Assembly: GCA_963555825.3 (NCBI GenBank)
Contig: CAUVXB020000001.1
Location: forward strand, 960,001 to 1,024,000
DNA from: Alphaproteobacteria bacterium
GTDB taxonomy: Bacteria > Pseudomonadota > Alphaproteobacteria > JAAXGF01
Direction of reading: 5' to 3'
DNA: 64,000 nt
In this document: positions 56,512 to 64,000 of the stretch, one piece after another
How the letters are laid out: each line of letters begins with the position of its first letter
Numbering within the stretch: position 1 is the first letter of the stretch
Translations under genes and position numbers: made by a program
The notes under the pieces: generated by a model
Seen by the model: the letters and a program-made list of their open reading frames with translations, nothing else
What the model was told of the DNA's origin: nothing
Databases searched by the model: none

Positions 56512-57751
56512 AGCGCAGCGCCTCGACCGGATCGAGCCGCGCGGCGCGCCACGCCGGGTAGATCGTGGCGAGGAACGAAAGCACTAGCGACATGACCAGC
56601 ACGGTGACCACCTCGGTGGTATCGATGCGCGCCGGCAGCTTCGACAGGAAGTAGATCTCGGCGGCGAACAGCTCGGTGCCGGTAAGGCCCTCGAGCCAGC
56701 GTCGGATGGTCTCGATATTGGCCGAGAAGGCGAGTCCGAGCGCGAAACCCATCAGCGTGCCGACGACGCCGATCGAGGCGCCGGTCAGGAAGAAGATGCG
56801 CATCACCATGCCGCGCGTCGCGCCCATCGTGCGCAGGATCGCGATGTCGCGCCCCTTGTCCTTCACCAGCATGATCAGGCTGGAGATGATGTTGAAAGCC
56901 GCGACCACGATGATCAGCGTCAGGATCATGAACATGACGTTGCGCTCGACCTGGATCGCGTCGAAGAACTGGGCGTTGGCCTGCTGCCAGTCGTGGACCC
57001 GCGCGCGCTGGCCGACGACGGCCATGATCTCGCGTCGCTTGTCGAGCACCAGGTTGGGCTCGTCGACACCGATCTCTATGCCCGAGACCGCCTGACCTAA
57101 GCGGAAATAGACCTGCGCCGCCTCGAGCGGCATGAAGATGAAAGCGTTGTCGTATTCGTACATGCCGACCGAGAACGTGCCGGCGATTTCGTAGGCGCGG
57201 CTGCGCGGCACGGTGCCGAAGGCGGTCGGCATGCCCTCGGGCGACAACAGCGTGATCTTGTCGCCGGGCCCGAGGCCGAGTCGTTCGCCGAGACGGTTGC
57301 CGATTATCACGACGTCGCCCTCGGCAAATTTTTCGAGGGCGCCGGTCGTGATGGTGTCGGCGATCACCTTGCGGCCCGCGAGGTCGTCGGCGCGTAAACC
57401 CCGGATGACGGCGCCAGTGCTCGCGCCGCGCGACGACGAGGCGAGCACCTGGCCATCGACCAGCGGCGTCGCCCAGACGACGCCCTCGATGGCGCGCAAC
57501 TCGTCGGCCAGCGGGTCGAAGTTGTCGAGCCGGCCGCCGAAACCGTAGACTGTGACATGGCCGTTGACGCCGAGTATGCGGCCGAGCAGTTCGTGGCGGA
57601 ATCCGTTCATCACGGCCATGACGATGATCAGCGTGGCGACGCCGAGGGCGATGCCTACGAACGAGAATCCGGCGATGACCGAGACGAAGCCTTGCTGGCG
57701 CCGCGCCCGCAAGTAGCGCCCCGCCACGGTCCATTCGAAAGCGGAGAACAT
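56504..57751 (-). CDS. lolE: Lipoprotein-releasing ABC transporter permease LolC/E
   Basis: [27 protein letters not shown]. Confidence 0.9.
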   Translation of the reverse strand: MFSAFEWTVAGRYLRARRQQGFVSVIAGFSFVGIALGVATLIIVMAVMNGFRHELLGRILGVNGHVTVYGFGGRLDNFDPLADELRAIEGVVWATPLVDGQVLASSSRGASTGAVIRGLRADDLAGRKVIADTITTGALEKFAEGDVVIIGNRLGERLGLGPGDKITLLSPEGMPTAFGTVPRSRAYEIAGTFSVGMYEYDNAFIFMPLEAAQVYFRLGQAVSGIEIGVDEPNLVLDKRREIMAVVGQRARVHDWQQANAQFFDAIQVERNVMFMILTLIIVVAAFNIISSLIMLVKDKGRDIAILRTMGATRGMVMRIFFLTGASIGVVGTLMGFALGLAFSANIETIRRWLEGLTGTELFAAEIYFLSKLPARIDTTEVVTVLVMSLVLSFLATIYPAWRAARLDPVEALRYE

Positions 57752-57758
57752 CGCCGCG

Positions 57759-59072
57759 TCAGCCGGTGAGCTTGGCGAGCACCGCTTCGGCCGAGAGCTC
57801 CCGCACCTCGCCGCTCGCCCGGCGCTTGAGCTCGACGACGCCGCCGGCCAGCCCGCGCGGCCCGATCCTGACCTGCCACGGCAGACCGATCAGGTCCATG
57901 GTGGCGAACTTGGCGCCGGCGCGCTCGTCGGTGTCGTCGTACAGCGTTTCGACGCCGGCCGCGGTCAGCTTGGCGTACAAATCCTCGCACGCCGCGTCGC
58001 AGGCCTCGTCGCCGTGCTTCAGATTGATCAGGCCGACGGCAAAAGGCGCGACGCTGTCGGGCCAGACGATGCCGTCGTCGTCGTGGCTCGCCTCGATGAT
58101 CGCGCCGGCCAGGCGCGAAACACCGATACCGTAGGAGCCACCGTGGACGGCCGTCGACGTACCGTCGGGCTTGTCGACGACGCAGCCCATGGGCTCGGCG
58201 TATTTGGTGCCGAAATAGAAGATGTGGCCGACCTCGATGCCCCGGGCGGTGATCAGGTCGCCCTCGGGCACGGGGCAGCTATCGGGATCATGTTTTTCGT
58301 CGGTCGCGGCATAGAGCCTGGTCCAGTCGTCGATGACCGGCTCGAGGTCGGCGTCGTAGTCTATTTCCGCCTCGAGCACGTTGATGTCGTCCCAATCCTT
58401 GTGAAAATACAACGCGCTCTCACCGGTCTCGGCGCGCACCACGAACTCGTGGCTGAGATCGCCGCCGATCGGTCCCGAATCGGCGCGCATGGGGATCGCC
58501 TGGAGGCCCATGCGGGCGTAGGTGCGCAGGTAGGAGACGAACATCTTGTTGTACGAACGCTTGGCGCCCTCGAAGTCGAGGTCGAAAGAATAGGCATCCT
58601 TCATGTAGAACTCGCGGCCGCGCATGACGCCGAAGCGCGGCCTGACCTCGTCACGGAACTTCCACTGGATGTGGTAGAGGTTCTTGGGCAGGTCGCGGTA
58701 GCTCTTGACCGCGTCGCGGAAGATCTCGGTGATCTGTTCCTCGTTGGTCGGCCCATAGAGCATGTCGCGGTCGTGTCGATCGCGAATCCGTAACATCTCG
58801 GGGCCGTAATCGTCGTAGCGTCCACTCTCGCGCCACAGATCGGCCGGCTGGATCGTCGGCATCAGCACTTCGTGGCAACCCGCCCCGTCCATCTCCTCGC
58901 GGACGATCTGCTCGATGCGCTTGAGCACGCGAAAGCCGAGCGGCAGCCATGAGTATATCCCGGCGCTCGACTGGCGGATCATGCCGGCGCGCAGCATCAA
59001 GCGGTGCGAGACGATTTGCGCCTCGGCGGGCGTTTCCTTGATGATCGGCAGGAAGTAACGTGACAGGCGCAT
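57759..59072 (-). CDS. proS: Proline--tRNA ligase (short form without editing domain)
   Basis: [33 protein letters not shown]. Confidence 0.96.
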   Translation of the reverse strand: MRLSRYFLPIIKETPAEAQIVSHRLMLRAGMIRQSSAGIYSWLPLGFRVLKRIEQIVREEMDGAGCHEVLMPTIQPADLWRESGRYDDYGPEMLRIRDRHDRDMLYGPTNEEQITEIFRDAVKSYRDLPKNLYHIQWKFRDEVRPRFGVMRGREFYMKDAYSFDLDFEGAKRSYNKMFVSYLRTYARMGLQAIPMRADSGPIGGDLSHEFVVRAETGESALYFHKDWDDINVLEAEIDYDADLEPVIDDWTRLYAATDEKHDPDSCPVPEGDLITARGIEVGHIFYFGTKYAEPMGCVVDKPDGTSTAVHGGSYGIGVSRLAGAIIEASHDDDGIVWPDSVAPFAVGLINLKHGDEACDAACEDLYAKLTAAGVETLYDDTDERAGAKFATMDLIGLPWQVRIGPRGLAGGVVELKRRASGEVRELSAEAVLAKLTG

Positions 59073-59267
59073 CGGCCCCTCTGCGGTCGTCGGCGTGGCG
59101 GGCGGTGACTATATACCAAGGATCAGTGATAAAGGCCCATGTAAATTGCGCCGCCATTTCAGGCCGTTAGCGCCCAGCTCGCGCATGACTGCCATGTCGC
59201 GATACCGCGACTCAGGTGTCGATTGTCGGTGTAGAGTCGCCGTCATCACATCGGTCAACGACAACAC

Positions 59268-60227
59268 ATGAACTCGGCCACATCATCCGCCGTCGCGGCG
59301 CGAGGCGCATCGGCGAACGTCAGGGGCATTGGCTGGATGCTCGTCACCGGCTTCTTCTTCGTCGGGGTGACGGGCATCGTCCGTCATCTCGGCACCGACA
59401 TGGCGCCGGTGCAGGCGGCGTTCCTGCGCTACGTCATCGGCCTCGCCATGATTTTGCCCCTGCTGTTTCGCGCGGCGCGCACGCCGATCGTCTCGAAACG
59501 CATGGGCATGCACGCGGTACGCGGCCTCGTGCACGGCACCGGCGTCATGCTGTGGTTTTACGCCATGGCGCGCATCCCGATCGCCGAGGTCACGGCGCTC
59601 GGCTTCACCGCGCCGATCTTGACCACCGTGGGCGCGGCGCTGTTCCTGGGCGAGCGGTTGCAGATACGGCGCATCGGCGCCGTGCTGGTCGCCTTCGGCG
59701 GCGCGATGGTCATCCTGCGCCCGGGCGTCGAGGCGATCCAAATTGGCGCGCTCGCACAGCTCGCCGCGGCGCCGCTGTTCGCCGCCTCGTTCCTCTTGGC
59801 GAAGAAGCTGACCGAGACCGAATCGAGCGCGTCGATCGTCGCCTACCTCTCGGTCTTCGTGACGATCGCGCTGTTGCCCCCGGCGCTGATGGTGTGGCGC
59901 ACGCCGACCTGGGAGGAGCTCGGCTGGCTGAGCGTCGTTGCGGCGCTCGCGACGGCGGGCCATTTCACTTTGACGCTGGCCTTCAAGGCGACCGAGATCA
60001 CGGTGACCCAGCCGTTCTCGTTCCTCCAGCTTGTCTGGGCGACGATGCTCGGCTTTTACGCGTTCGGCGAGCAACCCGACGCCTGGACGATCATCGGCGG
60101 CGCACTGATCGTCGGCAGCGCGACCTACATCGCGCACCGCGAAACGCGCCGCACCGGCCGCGCCACGCCGAAGGCGGTGCAAGGCCTGCTCGACAGCGCC
60201 GACGGTGGGGCGAGACCGCCTGCCTAG
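59268..60227 (+). CDS. DMT/EamA family transporter
   Basis: 10 TM in two repeats; LFLGERL, FGEQPD. Confidence 0.88.
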   Translation: MNSATSSAVAARGASANVRGIGWMLVTGFFFVGVTGIVRHLGTDMAPVQAAFLRYVIGLAMILPLLFRAARTPIVSKRMGMHAVRGLVHGTGVMLWFYAMARIPIAEVTALGFTAPILTTVGAALFLGERLQIRRIGAVLVAFGGAMVILRPGVEAIQIGALAQLAAAPLFAASFLLAKKLTETESSASIVAYLSVFVTIALLPPALMVWRTPTWEELGWLSVVAALATAGHFTLTLAFKATEITVTQPFSFLQLVWATMLGFYAFGEQPDAWTIIGGALIVGSATYIAHRETRRTGRATPKAVQGLLDSADGGARPPA

Positions 60228-60294
60228 GGCCAGTGAATTCCGAGCGGACTGGCGTCCATTCCACGAACCAGTCAAAGTCTTACGATGATCGCGA

Positions 60295-61569
60295 GTGACG
60301 ATGCCAGCAAGCACGCCTGAGCCCGGCCGCGCGGCGACGGGTCTTGGCCGCGTGCCATTGATCGGCTCGATCGTCACAAATCCGGCGTTCCGCGACGCCG
60401 ACTTCCGCCGTCTGTCGTACGGCGTGGCATTAAACAGCGCGGGCATGAGCGGCGAGCATGTCGTGCTCGGCATACTGGTTTTCCAGGCCACGCAGTCGAC
60501 TTTCTGGGTCGGCATCACGCTGGCGCTTTACAACTTTCCGATGCTGATTTTCGGCCTGTTATCGGGCGCCGTCGCCGACTGGCTCGACCGGCGGACCGTG
60601 CTGCGCTGCCTCGAGGCCGGCATCGCCGCGACGCAAACCCTGTTTGCAGCGTTGATCGCGCTTGGCGTCGACGACCTCTGGCTGATCCTGGCGTTCACTG
60701 CGTCGGTCGGCAGCCTGCGCGCCATGAGCCACCCGGTGCGTACAAGCTACGCCTATGACATCGTCGGCGGCGACCATATCGTCGCCGGTCTCGGCGCCCT
60801 CAATCTCGCGACGCGCTTTGGGCAACTGACAGGCGCCCTGGTGGCCGGCGCCGTGATGCAAGGCATCGGCGCGCCGGCGGCGATCCTGCTCATGGCCGGC
60901 GGCCATGTCGGGGCGTACGCCGTGTTCGCGCGGCTCCGCTCGGTCGGGCACGCCGCGCCGCTCGAGAGAGCGCCGATCCTGCAGAACCTGCGCGAATACC
61001 GCGACGAGATGCGCGCTAACAGGATACTGCTCGTGCTGCTGGTGATTACCGCGGCCGTCGAAATATTCGGCTTCTCCTTTTCGACGGCCTTGCCGGAACT
61101 GGCGACCGCGCGATTTGCCGTCGGCGCCGAAGGCCTGGGCTACATGCACGCCGCACGGGCGGTCGGCGGCATCCTCGCCGGCCTCGTGCTCGCCGGCATG
61201 GGCGGCCTGCGCCGACGCGGCGCGGTCTTCCTGGTGGTGATCTATGCCTTCGGCGCGAGTCTCTTGCTGGTCGCGGTCGCGGACCAGTTCGTGTTGGCGC
61301 TTGCGGCGCTCGTCGTCGTCGCGGTGCTGGCGACCGCCTCGGACGTGCTGACCCAGAGCATGATGCAGCTCAGCGTGCCCAATGCGCTGCGCGGCCGGGC
61401 GATGGGTTCCTGGGTCTTCGCGATCGGCTCGGCGCCGCTCGGTCACCTGATGATGGGCGGCCTCGCCGTCACCTTCGGTGTCGGCGTCGCGCTCGGCATC
61501 AACGGCACCCTCTTAATCGGCGTCGGGCTGCTCGCGACCTTCGTGGCGCCCCGCTTGCGTCGGCTCTAA
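60295..61569 (+). CDS. MFS transporter
   Basis: GAVADWLDRR and LRGRAMG motifs; about 12 TM. Confidence 0.85.
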   Translation: MTMPASTPEPGRAATGLGRVPLIGSIVTNPAFRDADFRRLSYGVALNSAGMSGEHVVLGILVFQATQSTFWVGITLALYNFPMLIFGLLSGAVADWLDRRTVLRCLEAGIAATQTLFAALIALGVDDLWLILAFTASVGSLRAMSHPVRTSYAYDIVGGDHIVAGLGALNLATRFGQLTGALVAGAVMQGIGAPAAILLMAGGHVGAYAVFARLRSVGHAAPLERAPILQNLREYRDEMRANRILLVLLVITAAVEIFGFSFSTALPELATARFAVGAEGLGYMHAARAVGGILAGLVLAGMGGLRRRGAVFLVVIYAFGASLLLVAVADQFVLALAALVVVAVLATASDVLTQSMMQLSVPNALRGRAMGSWVFAIGSAPLGHLMMGGLAVTFGVGVALGINGTLLIGVGLLATFVAPRLRRL

Positions 61570-61983
61570 GCCCCCTCGCCTACTTGTCGTGGAAGATGTA
61601 GCCGAGGAAGTTGAGCAGGAGCTGGGCGGCGAGGAAGGCGGTGGTGCCGTCGCGGTCGTAGTCGGGCGCGACCTCGACCAGGTCGATGCCGACCACCTCG
61701 CCCTTGTGCGTCAGGCCCTGGAGGATCTCGAGCACCTCGTAGTAGAGGAAGCCGCCGTGGCTCGGCGTGCCGGTGCCCGGCGCGATCGACGGATCGAAGC
61801 CGTCGATGTCGATGGTGCAGTAGTAGCGCACGCCGTCGGGAATGCGCGCCAGCGTGCCCTCGGTGCCGAGCTTGCGGACCTGGCGCACCGACAGGATGTC
61901 GGAGCCCGCAGCGCGCGCCGCCGCGTAGTCCGACTTGTTCGACGACGAGACGTAGCGGATGCCGAGTTGCGAGAAGCCTGTGA

Positions 61984-63157
61984 TACCGACTCCGCCTGAA
62001 TGATTCGGTTGCGACGGATTCCCGTTGGAATCGGAAAGGGTTAGGATCCGTAGTCATGATTCGCGGAGGGGCGGGACATGGCGCATGTCGAGGAACATTT
62101 GCAGCTTTCTGAGTTGGAGGGACGGTATCGCTCGGCGTCGGAGGCGACGGAGGCGCGGCACTTCCAGGTGATCTGGCTTTTGGCCAAAGGCCATACGGTT
62201 CGCGAAGTGTCGGAGATGACGAGTTTCGGCCAACGCTGGCTCGAACAATTGCTTTCTCGCTACAACAAGCTCGGCCCGTCGTCGCTGGGCGATCGTCGAC
62301 GCTCGAACGGCTCCGAGGCGACGATCCTGAAGCCGGAAGTCCTGGCGGTGTTGAAAGAGCGCCTGAAAAAGCCGCCGGCGGACGGCGGCTTGTGGTCTGG
62401 GCCGAAGGTGGCGGCTTGGATGGCGGGCGAACTGGGCTTGGAGACGGTGGCGCCGCAACGGGGCTGGGAGGCGCTGAAGGCAGTCGAGTGGAGTTTGCAG
62501 GTGCCCAGGCCGAACAACCCCGGGGCGGCGAGCGAGGAAGAACGCCAGGCGTTTAAAAAAAACTTCACCGCCTGGTCGCGGAAGAAGCCGAGCGCCACCC
62601 CGGCACGCCGATCGAAGTCTTCGCCAGCGACGAACACCGGCTCGGTCTGAAGCCATTGGCCCGGCGCTGCTGGGCGCCGCGCGGGATGCGCCCGGTGGCG
62701 CTCGGCCACCACCGCTTCAAATGGCTCTACGTCACCGCCCTCGTCTCGCCGACCAGCGGAGAGACCTTTTGGTACATCTCCAATTGTGTCTCCAAGCCAT
62801 TCTTCGAGAAGCTGCTCGCCCTCTTCGCCCGCGAGGCCGGCGCTGGGCAGAGCCGCATCATCATCCTGGTGATCGACGGCGCCGGGTGGCACACGGCGCC
62901 GAACCTCACGGTGCCGGAAGGCCTCCACCTCGTCTACTTGCCGCCCTATACGCCCCAGCTGCAACCGGCCGAATGTCTCTGGCCCGTACTCGACGAGCCG
63001 GTCGCAAACAGACACTTCGAGACCATCGAGGAACTCGACGCCGTCGTCGCCCGGCGCTGCCTCACTCTCGATGCCAATCCCGAACTCTTCAAGGGGCGTA
63101 TCGACTTCCACTGGTGGCCCAAAACCATCTATCCGAACTGATCAGCCGGATGCGGTA
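61984..63157 (+). mobile_element. IS630 family insertion sequence
   Basis: Imperfect 25-bp TIRs TACCGACTCCGCCTGAATGATTCGG / CCGAACTGATCAGCCGGATGCGGTA, flanked by a TGA direct repeat. Confidence 0.9.
62078..63141 (+). CDS. IS630 transposase, orfA/orfB joined by -1 frameshift at the A8 run (62555-62562)
   Basis: HTH orfA ending AFKKN; -1 frame KKLHRL..DEHR..IDGAGWH..LPPYTPQLQPAE (DDE). Confidence 0.9.
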
Positions 63158-63745
63158 TGACATGCTTCATCTCCGACGCCCGGCGCAGCGGGTTGCCGTG
63201 GCCGTAGCGCACGCCGTGGCGTTCGTCGACGAAATCGAGATGGGCGTCGATGTGGATGATGTGCACCGGCTCCTGATCGTCGAACGCCTTGATGCACGGA
63301 ATGTGCACGGAGTGATCGCCGCCCAGCGCCACCGGCAGCGCACCCGACGCCAATATCTTGCGCATCGCGAACTCGGCGTTGTCGAGGCTTTTGATGGTGT
63401 CGGTGTGGATCATGTCGGCGTCACCGATGTCGACGATGCGCACCTTGTCGGTCGGCAGGTAGACCGCGTCGTCCTCGTGGTCGTAGGCGCCGCCGTGACC
63501 GAAGGAAAACAGCGTCGACGCCTCGCGGATGGCGCGCGGGCCGAAGCGCGCGCCGGCACGGTACTGCGTGCCCATGTCGAAGGGGATGCCGAGCACCGCG
63601 ACATCGGCGTCGATGTTGTCCCAGTCCAGGCAAGCGGGCTGCTTGCCGAAGGTGCAGTGCCCGACGAAGGGCAGGTTGAGCCGCCCCGTTTCGTAGCCAT
63701 GATCGGCCATTATTTTCTCCCCGTCCGCGTCACCATCGCCGGAGT

Positions 63746-64000
63746 TTACAACATACCCCGCATCCACGGCGGCTCGAGTGCTGCGATGCGCGCGAAGACC
63801 GGGCAGCTTGCTTCGTGCGCGCCGGGCAGATAACCGCTGCTCATCAGGAACTCGCCCACGATCTCGCCGCCGGTGAACAGGAAGGTCTTCTTGAACAGCT
63901 TGACCCAGTCGGCATGCGCTGCCGGGTGGTGTGCGTCGACCCAGCCTTTGAAGCCGCCGAACTCGGCGCGCAAATCGACGATGCGCCGCGCGTTCTCGAT
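63746..64000 (-). CDS. tag: DNA-3-methyladenine glycosylase I, C-terminal part
   Basis: IENARR..FGGFKGW..FKKTFLFTGGEIVGEFLMSSGYLPGAH..C. Confidence 0.75.
   Translation of the reverse strand: MENARRIVDLRAEFGGFKGWVDAHHPAAHADWVKLFKKTFLFTGGEIVGEFLMSSGYLPGAHEASCPVFARIAALEPPWMRGML

Larger units (their letters stand above)
61580..63710 (-). pseudogene. speB: Agmatinase (ureohydrolase) interrupted by IS630
   Basis: 5' half has GGDHS and DAHLD; 3' half has DIDGFDP..APGTGTP and DLVEVAP; halves rejoin in frame as EMKHV-TGFSQLG. Confidence 0.9.

Noticed and set aside
57759-59072. ProS lacking the editing domain as a novelty
   Set aside because: The short form is common in alphaproteobacteria

Overview
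GC-rich alphaproteobacterial (Rhodospirillales-like) chromosome segment. About 26.7-59 kb is conserved core: trpG-trpD-trpC-moaC-moeA-lexA, comEC, gltX, gltA, the rpsB-tsf-pyrH-frr-uppS-cdsA-dxr-rseP-bamA-skp-lpxD-fabZ-lpxA-lpxI-lpxB superoperon, and proS-lolC/E-lolD-dnaE. The left 26 kb is more accessory. It holds a TRAP transporter, dehydrogenases, two OsmC proteins, an MFS transporter, ispB, a GT1 glycosyltransferase, tRNA-Pro(CGG) followed by a decaying zone (internally deleted mscS, eutB and eutC, a frameshifted redoxin/2OG-Fe(II) oxygenase, an SDR stub fused to pcm), an IS1595 element, an orphan ORF with a tape-measure-like C-terminus, and copA. At the right end an IS630 element splits an agmatinase gene. 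Most notable signals: (1) a four-copy, five-hairpin intergenic repeat family with compensatory changes, found only between convergent genes; (2) an AT-rich 2TM orphan gene bracketed by a duplicated upstream region plus 5' end of a panE-like gene; (3) a tandem NrdR-like box pair overlapping a perfect DnaA box upstream of dnaE; (4) an IS630 with a 3-bp TGA target duplication; (5) a stand-alone chimeric tape-measure-like gene. All calls come from reading the sequence by eye; no searches were run.
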